Below the pieces are notes generated by a model that saw only the letters and a list, made by a program, of their open reading frames with translations, had not been told where the DNA came from and did not search any database. This document shows positions 25,801 through 35,734 of a stretch of 64,000 bases of DNA, one piece after another. The translations under genes and the position numbers were made by a program. Positions within the stretch are counted from its first letter, which is position 1. The number at the start of each line of letters is the position of its first letter. The stretch is from the IMG/VR virus record IMGVR_UViG_3300020187_003193. One strand, written 5' to 3'. Source of the stretch: a virus.

Positions 25801-28219
25801 TAGTATTGATGAATATACAGCAGATTTAGATAGTTTAGAAGTAGCTATTTCCCCACAAGATAGTATCAATAAAGATATTACAGATCAGATGGGATGGTTT
25901 GATATAGATGATTTTATTGGAGATCCAAAATTAGCACCTTCATCATCTTATAAAGATTTAGAAAATTTAAGAAATTTTTATTTTGTAAAATATACTAAAA
26001 AACAAAATATATTTGAATATGTAAAAGCATTATCTTATTTCGATAGTTCTTTGTTTAAAATGATTAAGGATTTTGTTCCTGCAAAATCAACTTTAACAAC
26101 TGGTTTATTAATTAAACCTCATATGTTAGAGAGAAACAAATCACCTAAATTCGAACCTGCTTTTACTTACATAGATTATACGGGCTCAATTGCTAAACCT
26201 GAAGTAATAGGATCTAATCCTATGGATGCAAACCTAAATACTTCATATACAGCTAATATAAAAATCCCATCTAGTTCAGCAGATACTATTACAGAAGCAT
26301 ATGTAACTTATAACTTTAATGATAGTAGAGAGCCATTTACAGGTGAATATAGTGGTAGTGAATTAACAGTTTACTCACAACCTACAACTAGTGTAGTAGT
26401 AGAAAGAAGTTTCTTTAATGTAGAAAATGACAACGATACATTTGTTTCATATTCAAACATTCCACTTAACCCAACATTAAACAATATATCTGAAGCAAGA
26501 AAATCGGTACAATATATGGATATCGATTACTCTTCAAATTTAATTACTCCTGTTAACATAGGATTCATCACAAGTAGATCATTTAACCAAATTACTGAAG
26601 CGGATACACCATTTTTAGATGCTCCTATTCAAGATAGTAACTATACTTTATTGCGTAATGTAAACCCAAGATATCTAGGCAGTAAAACGACATCCGCAAA
26701 ATATAACGATTATACTATAGGAGATAAATCATATGGTTCAACAGCAGCTATTGACTTAAATTCACTTAAATTTGCTTACTTTGCAGAAGTAGTAGAAACT
26801 GGTTCATTGTTCCCAGAACGCTCAAATGTATACTTAAAATATCTAATTGACGGACGTTCTAATGTTACAGAATTAACTCGTAAAAATGAAAGTATATTTG
26901 AATTACAAAATATTTTTAGTTCTAAACAACAAGCAAACATATCATTAGATAACAACCAATTATTTTCAGACCAGAAATATCTTGATGGTTTAAAACCTAT
27001 ATATGCTGGTGGATTTAGATATTTATCTTGTTTACAAAACCCTACAGGTAGTAATACTTTAATTTATAAATTTACTACGGGTTCTTTATCTAACGTAACA
27101 ACCGAAGATCTAAAAGAATTACCAGGTAGTTTAGGAGGAGATTTTGTAAAAATTTCTAATTTTACTTTAGGTACAATTCAAATCCAAAGTGGAAGTAATA
27201 GTGTATCTTTTGGAGGTTATCCGGCAATTACATTAACTAGAAATGAACCTGTAAACCAATCCACAGTTTGGTGGGATAACGATTTAGTAATAAACTTTGA
27301 AGGAGAACTTGAAATTGAAGTAACAATTCCTAAAAACGTATCGGCTTCTATTGATAATATTACTTGGAATCCATTTAATGGAGAATCTCCTTTAGTATCA
27401 TCATCTATAGATTTAGGGGATACTGCTCTAGTAAAGGCCACATATCATATTTCTAATTCTGCTACTTTACCTAAAAATACAAATACAAGCGAAGTGTTAT
27501 TAGATAATGCGGTTTCGGCAATAGGAGGACGTTTTGAAAGTATTTTTGACAACCCACAATTTAGTAGTGCATCACTAAACATAGGAAGAGAATCAGCCAG
27601 ATACTCAGAACCAGAATACACATATTATTACCCATCTGAACCAATAGTTTCTTTAACTTCAAGTATAGTAGATGGAGGAGATGCAGATAGAAACGATGCT
27701 TTCTTCATTAGAAACAATACAGGTTCATTTAATATATTAACCGCTTCGGTTTCTATGTCTTACTGGTATGGAAATTTTGTACAAACCTCATCCGTACAAG
27801 AAGGATATCCTGTTGTAGATGAAGAATTTGCTATCCAACAAGGAGACTTATTTAGATTTTACGATTCGGCAAGTGGAGAATTTCCAAAAGAATTTGAAAG
27901 ACAAGTTAAACGTGTTAACTTAATTCCAAGAGACGAAGTAACAGATACAAGACGTTTAACAATAGAATTTAACAGAGATATACCTGCTAGAGCATGTAGT
28001 GATTTTGGATCCGTTTCTTCACCTGAAGATGCTACTGAAATTAAACATTTTGTTATATTAAAGAAAGTACCTGACGAAACAAACATCGTACTTGACTTTG
28101 CTAAACAACCGGGCCAAACATCCTCAGGTATAGTTTTACCCGCAGACATATCAAAAACTTTGAAAGAAAAAGCGGGTAACATAGTAAAACAACTTAAAGC
28201 ACAAAACTTAATATCATAA
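22898..28219 (+). CDS. Large baseplate wedge protein (gp7-like) with LamG-like segment
   Basis: LLKTKGSYRGLRALLNCFGI motif; FDGYFQEFRIW; 1773 aa following gp6. Confidence 0.6.
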   Translation: MEQTSVSNNSPLELINQDYSIKDVSLLNEYEVNREFGAEQDVVELHVFSSTNQLLNSNHNFKDYNTQVTKDDTSLFNTLYLDPEKDVKSAGFNVGKYNTGYFFYRTLFLSNIDRRFFIKEISQDRTEIKIATNELSYDALGTSYFNYITSKQGKSFYSDLLLNFGNNQTLIGVNTLLDTANPSEPSIYIKLYEPLPVQFGLKDTLWCVEEVSEPISFNVDIQFISEEVEEFTYLRGPNTNIDLNSQVNSTTNYLNVNEILNTSLTSSFQQLKSYLEEKSIDISIDHEEYSNFVHFSSAYERLENFKYKLNLIQSYQGDLNSLKSISELTDDSYVSASKATLQDNIDTLIEKFDNYEYYLYYTSGSKAWPKTTNSPPYTNQLTSTTSSLEWFGSVDEESTYYGGQILSASLYDEDNRNYIWNTLPSYIKDDPQNQNLELLVAMLGQHYDYIWTYIRGIGDLKNADNRPDYGVSKDMVADALRSLGIKLYTSDRTNQDIYTSILGLTPSGGLVPDTGSYRIENYISASNNQTSYDDLNKEVYKRIYHNLPYLLKTKGSYRGLRALLNCFGIADFIIRIKEYGGNKKNVREVNQLYENGVYALNTNSSSMVNVPWLPTLIPMLPELWEEMDYDWNDIEGWWNGTLTIDSVADELEFRFKTKGIPTSSHHTQSIFQVNNSDSSSQFGVQLLYPTESLQESGSGFERHGELRFILSGSQGYKETEPIFLPFFSASWFNVRLGRNPGKGTLDQTGSVDVTYKLDVRGAEFEGSADQYIKYTGSAEFTIDAATSASYNEAWSYYDFVPDNNYFRGWLGGASSSNVMAPDGVLFDGYFQEFRIWMTNLSSSALDQHVLNPTSYVGNNYSSSYNDLIYRLGLGNDLLTSSAIVPSIHPMVTGSNAPTASFLGTGSTTVSYGIITNFSNASFEEENRTDLIQAADIGALVQNEIKVRPRNVSTISGSTLSPYVSIQDDSIDEYTADLDSLEVAISPQDSINKDITDQMGWFDIDDFIGDPKLAPSSSYKDLENLRNFYFVKYTKKQNIFEYVKALSYFDSSLFKMIKDFVPAKSTLTTGLLIKPHMLERNKSPKFEPAFTYIDYTGSIAKPEVIGSNPMDANLNTSYTANIKIPSSSADTITEAYVTYNFNDSREPFTGEYSGSELTVYSQPTTSVVVERSFFNVENDNDTFVSYSNIPLNPTLNNISEARKSVQYMDIDYSSNLITPVNIGFITSRSFNQITEADTPFLDAPIQDSNYTLLRNVNPRYLGSKTTSAKYNDYTIGDKSYGSTAAIDLNSLKFAYFAEVVETGSLFPERSNVYLKYLIDGRSNVTELTRKNESIFELQNIFSSKQQANISLDNNQLFSDQKYLDGLKPIYAGGFRYLSCLQNPTGSNTLIYKFTTGSLSNVTTEDLKELPGSLGGDFVKISNFTLGTIQIQSGSNSVSFGGYPAITLTRNEPVNQSTVWWDNDLVINFEGELEIEVTIPKNVSASIDNITWNPFNGESPLVSSSIDLGDTALVKATYHISNSATLPKNTNTSEVLLDNAVSAIGGRFESIFDNPQFSSASLNIGRESARYSEPEYTYYYPSEPIVSLTSSIVDGGDADRNDAFFIRNNTGSFNILTASVSMSYWYGNFVQTSSVQEGYPVVDEEFAIQQGDLFRFYDSASGEFPKEFERQVKRVNLIPRDEVTDTRRLTIEFNRDIPARACSDFGSVSSPEDATEIKHFVILKKVPDETNIVLDFAKQPGQTSSGIVLPADISKTLKEKAGNIVKQLKAQNLIS

Positions 28220-28261
28220 AAAATAAAAAAATATTATATTTATATACAACAATTATAAAAC

Positions 28262-28921
28262 ATGGGATATTTAAATAACACTTCAGTTACTGTTGATGCA
28301 ATACTTACCAAAAAAGGGCGTGAGTTATTAGCTAGAAACGACGGTTCTTTTAGAATTACGCAATTTTCATTAGCGGATGATGAGATTGATTACACATTGT
28401 ACAATCCAAATCACCCATCTGGATCGGCTTTTTACGGAGAGGCAATCGAAAACATGCCTATTCTAGAAGCATTCCCAGACGAAACACAGACAATGAAGTA
28501 TAAATTGCTTACCTTACCAAGAGGTACAGCAAAACTTCCAGTTTTAGAATTAGGATATACTACTATCTCTCTAAAACAAGGATCTTCATTATCTATATCA
28601 CCACAAACCTTAAACTACCTAGGTACAGATTCAACATTTGAAGCTAGTGGGTACACAGCTACAATTGGAGATTCAAGAACGTTATCTAAATTCGAAGGTG
28701 TAGGTGTAAATACAACAAATGCTACTCAGCTAAACTCAACAAGTACAGTAGGTACAAACGTATCTCGTACTGTAATTGGTACTACAATTAACTTAACAGC
28801 AACTACTGTTAATACCTTATTTGGTACTTCAAATACATTAAACACAATTCTAACCGTTACTGGTAGAGATTCAGGAGCTAGAGTATCTATTCCATTGAAT
28901 ATAACAAAAGTAACATCTTAA
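28262..28921 (+). CDS. Conserved virion structural protein
   Basis: DAILTKKGRELLA...FRITQFSLADDEIDY.LY. Confidence 0.65.
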   Translation: MGYLNNTSVTVDAILTKKGRELLARNDGSFRITQFSLADDEIDYTLYNPNHPSGSAFYGEAIENMPILEAFPDETQTMKYKLLTLPRGTAKLPVLELGYTTISLKQGSSLSISPQTLNYLGTDSTFEASGYTATIGDSRTLSKFEGVGVNTTNATQLNSTSTVGTNVSRTVIGTTINLTATTVNTLFGTSNTLNTILTVTGRDSGARVSIPLNITKVTS

Positions 28922-28932
28922 GATAAAAATAT

Positions 28933-29973
28933 ATGAGCCTTGTAAGTTTACAATCAAGTGATTTTGTAGTAAGTGCAGATTCCATCACTTCTACTCTATG
29001 GTCAGGCAATAAGCCTATTATAGACCAGTTTTTTACTTCATCACTAACATCATCCTTTAACTTCTTCTTAGATGTTTACAACACTAGCTCAGTTAGATCT
29101 GATGCTGAAGTACAATTCTCTATAGCATACGGTGAAGTTGCAGGATCAGGTTCTGCTCCATTCAATAATCTAGTAACAGGAAGTTCTCCATCTAAAGTAA
29201 CTTATGGACAATTTAGAACGTTAGTTAACGGAGACGAAAATACAAACTTTAGTTTCGGAACTGGAAACACAAATTCAAAAGACATTTTTGTATTAAATGT
29301 TAACAGAGCAAGATATAAAGAAAAACTATTTCCCGGAACATTTAACTTAGTATTATCTGGGTCAGATGGCACAGAAGCTTCTCGTATACAATTAACAGAT
29401 AATTCAAGAGACGTTACCTCATTAACTTATACAGATGCAGGTAGAGTATTTGATATAGTAAGTGGTACAAATGGTAGTGCTGTAACTAGTCCTGTAATTG
29501 AAGGGGTATCTTCAGGATACACACCTTCAGGTTCATATGGTAAATTCTTACCAGATGTAGGTTTAATATTACTTAACCCTAGAGCTTTGGCTTTATCTGC
29601 CTCATTAGGTGGTGTAGGTTTAGTAATAAATGATGATTTAACTAGTACTGCTTTAGTTTCTAATAATAGTAAACTATACGAATCAATCAAATTAGCCCAA
29701 ACATTCTCCTTAAATTCAGAAGAAACAATTACTTCTGATTATATATTTGTTAGAGTAAAGAATTCTGATTTTAACTATTCAACTAACCCATCAATGATTA
29801 GTGGTAGTGGAGAATTCGTATATTCTAGCTTAGTTAATAACCCACAAACCTATGTTACAACAGTCGGTTTATATAATGATTCAAACGAGTTACTTTCGGT
29901 AGCTAAATTGTCTAAACCATTAGTAAAAGATTTTACGAAAGAAGCACTAATCCGTGTGAAATTAGACTTTTAA
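28933..29973 (+). CDS. Tail/baseplate structural protein with collar-fibre-like C-terminus
   Basis: YVTTVGLYNDSNELLSVAKLSKP..K. Confidence 0.6.
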   Translation: MSLVSLQSSDFVVSADSITSTLWSGNKPIIDQFFTSSLTSSFNFFLDVYNTSSVRSDAEVQFSIAYGEVAGSGSAPFNNLVTGSSPSKVTYGQFRTLVNGDENTNFSFGTGNTNSKDIFVLNVNRARYKEKLFPGTFNLVLSGSDGTEASRIQLTDNSRDVTSLTYTDAGRVFDIVSGTNGSAVTSPVIEGVSSGYTPSGSYGKFLPDVGLILLNPRALALSASLGGVGLVINDDLTSTALVSNNSKLYESIKLAQTFSLNSEETITSDYIFVRVKNSDFNYSTNPSMISGSGEFVYSSLVNNPQTYVTTVGLYNDSNELLSVAKLSKPLVKDFTKEALIRVKLDF

Positions 29974-29976
29974 TGA

Positions 29977-32900
29977 ATGAGTTTTGCATACAAAAAATTA
30001 TCTGCATCTGATATTAAATCGGTACCTTATGTTGCTAACAAGCAATATAATATACCATCATCTTCATATGTGGACTTAGGAATCAAAACCTATGTTGGAG
30101 AATACATTCCAATCACTACTGAGAGACCTTTTGATCCTGAAAATGATAACTTAACTCCTGATGGTGAATATAGAAGATTGGTTTACGAATCAATTAAACA
30201 TCTATACTACCAGAATTATGTTACGGCATCATCTACTCAACAAGGACAAGATATTCCTGTATTAGTAAATCCCGATAATAGTAATTACTTTTTTCATTCA
30301 TCTTCATACGATAATTACTTACAAAACACAATGGCCTCAGGGTCATATCCTAATTCTAGATATTTCCCATATTATCCTACTGTAGAGTTTGACTATAATG
30401 AACCTACCGCTTCATTATATGGCACAGCCCAATACTTTTTAGATGTAGCTTCTAAGGTTAGAGTTTTATCTTTTCCTAAAGACATATATGGGGAAGGTTT
30501 GAAACCAAACTCATTTAATATAACTGGAGATAATTTTAATATAGTAGATGACGGTAATGGGAATTTATTAGATGTATTTACGGATTTAACATCTTCTATC
30601 CCTGTAGGAAATATATTTTATAATCATGGCTTAGCAGTAATTACAAATAAAGAATATCTTTGTTTTCTAGAATCCGCTCCTATTGCAAGAAACAACTTCC
30701 CAGTAATAGAAAATATCCAAGAAGTAAAAATCATCCAAATACTAGAAGACGATTTTGATGATTGTTCTACTGTAGCCACAGGATCTGTTTCTACATTTCC
30801 CCATCCTGACTTTCCTTTTCCTGACTATAGTGTTAGTCAAAGTGGAGATATTATTATTACTCCTAATGCTAATAGTGTAGTTCCTGGAGAATATAGATTA
30901 TATTATAGTGTTAAAAATTTATTTGATTTTGAAAGTAATACTGGATCTATAGTATTGAGAGTCGATGCAGATCCTTTAACTCTTACAACTCAATCTTTAA
31001 CACAATCCTGTTATGAAGGTAACTTATCAGCTTCATTAACATTCTCAATAGATTATGGAGTTCCACCTTATAGCTGGTCAATAGACAATACAAATTATAC
31101 CCCAATAAATGGTTTATTCCAACCAATAGTTTCAGCATCTTTAACCCCAACACGTTCTTTAGTTTTATCTATTAAAGATAGATACAATGCTATAACCTCT
31201 CAAACTATCAATACTTCCTTTTTACCTATTGATGGTAAATTATGGCAAAATGATGTGTCATTCTGCGGTACAAACGATGGGTATATTATAGCAAGCGCAA
31301 GTGGCGACTTGCCTATTACTGCGTCTTTAAGCGCTTCATTTGACAATGCTGTTGAGTTACCTAACACAATGAGTGGTTTAGAAGTAGGTACATACACTGT
31401 ATACTTTAAAGATGTTAATAATTGTACTACAACTTCTCAAATAGAAGTAACAAAAACTATACCTGTAACAGCAAGTTATCAAGTAACTAATATAGATTGT
31501 TATGGTTCAAATACAGGTAAAATCATATTAGATGAACTGGATGAGAATGACGAATTTCAAGACTATTTCTTAACAGGAGGAGCTTTACCATTAACTTGGA
31601 GTTGGTCAGGACCTAATTCTTTTTTGACTGATTCAATCAATATAGAAAATGTTCCTAGTGGATCCTATATATTAAATATATTTGATGGAGATGGGTGCGT
31701 ATATGGTTTTACATACGATATATTTTCACAAGATATTATTTCATATGATTTAGATATATCTTACGATGATCCCTATAGTAGTTCCTTATTAATAAATAAT
31801 TTTAATGGGGGAGTATCTCCATACTATGTTACAGCTTCAACAGCCACTACAGAATATAAAATAGTACTTTTTAGTGGAGATAGTATAATTTCTCTAACAG
31901 AAGAAACTCTTAATTCGGCATCTATTACTTTAAGTGTAACGGATTCTTTTGGGTGCGTTACCCAATCAGAAAACATTCAAGTTTATAGTAGAACCTGGGA
32001 AGTAAGTGAATCGTTCTGTGAAGATGGAACAGGTAGTGTTGCTCAAAGAAACTTAAACTTTTATACAAATGAACCTACAGGTTCCGAATGGGTAAAAGTA
32101 TTATTACACTCTGGAAGTGAAACCCCTATACAACTAGATACATCTGGTAGTGCTACAGGAAGTTATTCTTGGAATTCAAATGATACTTTATATATAGATA
32201 TTTATACCGGATCTAACGATGCCTTCTATTTAAGAAGAGAATTTAGTGGATCGAGCGACACACCAGGAGTACCAGCTAATATAACAGGAAGTGAAATTAC
32301 CTCTTCCGTTATAATATCAGGTAGTGGTAGAATGGATAATTTTGAACAAAATTTAGATGTTTCTATAAACTTTGGATCAGGGTACAATTTAGCTTCATTA
32401 CATTTAACTGCTAGTAAAGCGAATACAGAAGAATTAACTACAGATATAAACTTTAAATTTGATAAACAAATAGCATTATCTGTTATTAGAGATAATTTTA
32501 CAGGAAGTGTATCAAACTTAATTACAACAGGTAGTTTTGGAAGTGGTTCAAACTTTATAGCTCGAAATGACGAATTTACTGATATTATATATGGTAATAC
32601 AGGAAGTTTTATAGGTCCAAACAAATTATTATTTAGACCAACATACGCTTTTGGAAACATTATAAACACTATTTCAGGATCTAATGTAGAATATACTAGT
32701 GGTTCAATTTGGAGTGGTTCAGTTTCAGCAAGTATATTTGGTGGAGAAAACGCACAATACTTTACTCAAAGAACAGATAAAGCATGGCTACTAACCGCTG
32801 ATGTAGATCATATTAGTTTCTTAGAATCATATTCTTACACAGATCCTAATGTATACGAAGCATTAGATAATTTAACTCCTTACTCACATAGAGAATACAC

Positions 32901-33165
32901 TATATATGCTGGTTATCAAAACCAACCAACAAAAGAATCATTATTGAGTATAATGATTATACATGAAGATGAAGAAGCTTCTTTAGCAACTACTTCTGGT
33001 ATGGGAGGTGGAGAAATTGCTTCACGTAAGTTAGAAAATCTAAATGATGTTAACAGAGTTTATTATTTATTCATGTCCCCTAGTGGCTCAATTACTCAAA
33101 ATGATTTTGATAATAGAGCAGTAGCAGTAGGTAAATACTTTATAGACAACGTAATATATGGCTAA
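29977..33165 (+). CDS. Tail-associated protein carrying Ig-like and SprB-repeat adhesin domains
   Basis: N-terminus parallels 28933; PIARNN..I..LEDD..G.I.ITP..Y.V (Big_9-like); xCxGxNxGxI..GG..P..WSW...L..G.Y.....D..GC repeats. Confidence 0.65.
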   Translation: MSFAYKKLSASDIKSVPYVANKQYNIPSSSYVDLGIKTYVGEYIPITTERPFDPENDNLTPDGEYRRLVYESIKHLYYQNYVTASSTQQGQDIPVLVNPDNSNYFFHSSSYDNYLQNTMASGSYPNSRYFPYYPTVEFDYNEPTASLYGTAQYFLDVASKVRVLSFPKDIYGEGLKPNSFNITGDNFNIVDDGNGNLLDVFTDLTSSIPVGNIFYNHGLAVITNKEYLCFLESAPIARNNFPVIENIQEVKIIQILEDDFDDCSTVATGSVSTFPHPDFPFPDYSVSQSGDIIITPNANSVVPGEYRLYYSVKNLFDFESNTGSIVLRVDADPLTLTTQSLTQSCYEGNLSASLTFSIDYGVPPYSWSIDNTNYTPINGLFQPIVSASLTPTRSLVLSIKDRYNAITSQTINTSFLPIDGKLWQNDVSFCGTNDGYIIASASGDLPITASLSASFDNAVELPNTMSGLEVGTYTVYFKDVNNCTTTSQIEVTKTIPVTASYQVTNIDCYGSNTGKIILDELDENDEFQDYFLTGGALPLTWSWSGPNSFLTDSINIENVPSGSYILNIFDGDGCVYGFTYDIFSQDIISYDLDISYDDPYSSSLLINNFNGGVSPYYVTASTATTEYKIVLFSGDSIISLTEETLNSASITLSVTDSFGCVTQSENIQVYSRTWEVSESFCEDGTGSVAQRNLNFYTNEPTGSEWVKVLLHSGSETPIQLDTSGSATGSYSWNSNDTLYIDIYTGSNDAFYLRREFSGSSDTPGVPANITGSEITSSVIISGSGRMDNFEQNLDVSINFGSGYNLASLHLTASKANTEELTTDINFKFDKQIALSVIRDNFTGSVSNLITTGSFGSGSNFIARNDEFTDIIYGNTGSFIGPNKLLFRPTYAFGNIINTISGSNVEYTSGSIWSGSVSASIFGGENAQYFTQRTDKAWLLTADVDHISFLESYSYTDPNVYEALDNLTPYSHREYTIYAGYQNQPTKESLLSIMIIHEDEEASLATTSGMGGGEIASRKLENLNDVNRVYYLFMSPSGSITQNDFDNRAVAVGKYFIDNVIYG

Positions 33166-34957
33166 TACTGGTTACAAAATAACCCCTTCAGTACGACAAT
33201 ACTTCACTTCTGGCCCCGATTCAGGTAGTGTAGTAAGCGCATCATTTGATGTTGACTTAACTAATGCACCTTTTTCCGCAAGTTTAAATGAAACAGATTA
33301 TTTCTATAGATCATATGATCCTATAACTTGTGAACCCGGTTTTGAGGATTGTATTGTACCTTTACTTACAAGCTTAACAACAGGTTCTCGTAGAGGAAGA
33401 TTTACAATAAGTTATGTTACTCAATCTTCATTTAACGATCCAATTAACATTACGGCTTCAGTTAGTAATAAACCCGATTTTTCTAATGCCGAAACATTTA
33501 CTAGTACTATAGGAAGCGTTATTCCAATTTCATCTTCCTTTATAAGTGGTACTATATATTTTAGAGCATTTACATCATGTAGCGGACCTGACCCATCACC
33601 TAACTCAGATCCATTATCCTTTACTTATGATCAGTTACCTCCACCATTAGAGGCAGGCAGTGTAAATGTTGTATTTACAAATACTTTATCTTCACCAATG
33701 GAGGTACTAATTCGTAGTACAAGAGGTAATGCTAATTATATTATAGCAGGAAAACAATCAATAACATACGATTATGGAACATCACCTGATCAAGGAGCTT
33801 GGAGTGCAACTGGAAAATCAGATGATTTAAATATAACAATAAAAGGTGGAGCACGTAGTACATATGGAAATTATGTACAACGTAGAACTACAGGAGTTTT
33901 AAAGGAAACTTATACCTCTGGAGGAGGATTTAACAGCCCTTTATCTATTTCTGAAAATAGTTCCACATTTGTTCCGGATAAAGGTGTTACTTTTAAAGTA
34001 CAACAGTTGGTTTTACCTATTAATAATACGGTAACAACTACTACTTTTAGCTTACTTCAAGTACCACCTCCACCACCACCTCCACCACCACCAGCACCAC
34101 CACCACCTCCACCACCACCAGGACCTTCCCCAGCTCCTCCCTATACACCCCAACCAAGAACAAAGTTTGGTTCAACACCTTATCCTTCACAAGATTCAGC
34201 ATGTGCAGATTCTAATGTGAATTTTAGGGAAAAGACATACTTTCAATTTGGTAATACTTTATATTTAAATAGAGCAGATGCTTTAGCCAGAACAGAGCCT
34301 GTATTTCCTTATACAACTAATTATATATTAACTAGTTTAACGGAATATTTAATTGTAAATAAAAACGGATATATTCAAAATTCTGGAGTGTGTATTTTAC
34401 CTCAAATAACAATATTTACTTACAATGGCGCTTATAGTACTCAAGAAGAAGCTTGTGCACGAAGTAAAACTAATTCTCCATTAAACACTACTTTTTCTAC
34501 AAAAGATAATAGATTAATTTCTAGAGTATCGGGACGTCTTTCAACCCCCCGACTTTCAGGCAGATATCCCTTATATGAAGGGACAGATGGAAGAGGAGGA
34601 CGTAACATACTTTTAAGCTCAGGTAACATTATTGGATATGAAACTTGTGGAAGCGAATTAACTGACGTATCTTATGGAAAGATAGGATGGCCTAATTCAA
34701 GATACCCTCTAAATGATCCATCTAATATTAGTCCTAGAAGTTTACAATTAGTTTGTAATAATAACGATTTTGAAACTTATTCATTAGGTCCATCCGGTAA
34801 AGTATATTATGGGTTTAATTATAAGGATGGTCAATACAAATACGTTACATTAGCATCCAGTAGATGGTATAAAACAACAGATGGAACTTTTGTTCAATTT
34901 GGAAGCGTATTTGGAGATCAAGGTGGTCTAATAGTAGCCACAACCGATCCTTGTTAA
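33158..34957 (+). CDS. Tail fibre/adhesin-like protein with polyproline linker
   Basis: PPPPPPPPPPAPPPPPPPPGPSPAPP separating two beta-rich halves; Cys-containing repeats. Confidence 0.6.
   Translation: MANTGYKITPSVRQYFTSGPDSGSVVSASFDVDLTNAPFSASLNETDYFYRSYDPITCEPGFEDCIVPLLTSLTTGSRRGRFTISYVTQSSFNDPINITASVSNKPDFSNAETFTSTIGSVIPISSSFISGTIYFRAFTSCSGPDPSPNSDPLSFTYDQLPPPLEAGSVNVVFTNTLSSPMEVLIRSTRGNANYIIAGKQSITYDYGTSPDQGAWSATGKSDDLNITIKGGARSTYGNYVQRRTTGVLKETYTSGGGFNSPLSISENSSTFVPDKGVTFKVQQLVLPINNTVTTTTFSLLQVPPPPPPPPPPAPPPPPPPPGPSPAPPYTPQPRTKFGSTPYPSQDSACADSNVNFREKTYFQFGNTLYLNRADALARTEPVFPYTTNYILTSLTEYLIVNKNGYIQNSGVCILPQITIFTYNGAYSTQEEACARSKTNSPLNTTFSTKDNRLISRVSGRLSTPRLSGRYPLYEGTDGRGGRNILLSSGNIIGYETCGSELTDVSYGKIGWPNSRYPLNDPSNISPRSLQLVCNNNDFETYSLGPSGKVYYGFNYKDGQYKYVTLASSRWYKTTDGTFVQFGSVFGDQGGLIVATTDPC
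34064..34142 (+). repeat. (CCA/CCT)n polyproline-coding tract
   Basis: ccacctccaccaccacctccaccaccaccagcacca... Confidence 0.95.
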
Positions 34958-34967
34958 AAAATAAATT

Positions 34968-35267
34968 ATGGCAGTAACAATAGGACCAAACGAAATATCA
35001 TTCAGAAACAAGTATACGCTATACGAAAACGAAATAGTGTGTACTGTATCTGATGGTGAGTTCAATATGTCTCAAAACCCAACACTTCTAGCAGATAGCT
35101 CAGGTTCATTAAAGGACTTCGCTACTGGCTCAGATTTTAGACCTTACGTTACTACAATTGGGTTATACAACGACGCCAACGAGTTGCTACTTGTAGCCAA
35201 AATGGCACAACCCATTCCAATGTCCGATAACATGGACACAACATTCGTAATAAGATATGATCAATAA
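34968..35267 (+). CDS. Stand-alone collar-fibre-like C-terminal domain
   Basis: YVTTIGLYNDANELLLVAKMAQP, paralogous to the C-terminus of 28933. Confidence 0.7.
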   Translation: MAVTIGPNEISFRNKYTLYENEIVCTVSDGEFNMSQNPTLLADSSGSLKDFATGSDFRPYVTTIGLYNDANELLLVAKMAQPIPMSDNMDTTFVIRYDQ

Positions 35268-35709
35268 TTACTGGACAGATTTGTCTGGGAAATTGTATAA
35301 TTCTTTAGAGGATTTCCCAGAAGGTACCTTTGGTTTTGTTTATAAAGTAAAAAACAAATCAAACGGTAAAATATATATAGGAAAAAAAGTACTATATTTC
35401 AATAGAAAGAAAAAATTAACTAAGAAAGAACTAGCCGAAATAACATCCCCAGGACGTAAACCAACTACTAAAACAGTACAATTGGAAAGCGACTGGATGG
35501 AATATTGGGGTTCTTCAAAAGAATTAATAGTTGACTTTAAAAACCAAAACGGTGAAAGCTTTGAAAGAAAGATACTAAAAGCGTGTCTAACTAAAAAAGA
35601 GTTAACATATTGGGAAATAGCATATCAACTTAAAGAAGATGTCTTACTTGTTGATAGTTACAACGACAATGTCTTAGGTAAATTTTACCGAAAAGACTTG
35701 GTATATTAA
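35257..35709 (+). CDS. GIY-YIG endonuclease
   Basis: FGFVYKVKNKSNGKIYIGKK...ESDW..YWGSS. Confidence 0.85.
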   Translation: MINNYWTDLSGKLYNSLEDFPEGTFGFVYKVKNKSNGKIYIGKKVLYFNRKKKLTKKELAEITSPGRKPTTKTVQLESDWMEYWGSSKELIVDFKNQNGESFERKILKACLTKKELTYWEIAYQLKEDVLLVDSYNDNVLGKFYRKDLVY

Positions 35710-35728
35710 ATAAAGGTTCATATATTTA
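35697..35728 (+). promoter_or_regulatory. Early-type promoter before primase
   Basis: CTTG-N20-TATATTTA. Confidence 0.6.
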
Positions 35729-35734
35729 CCAATT

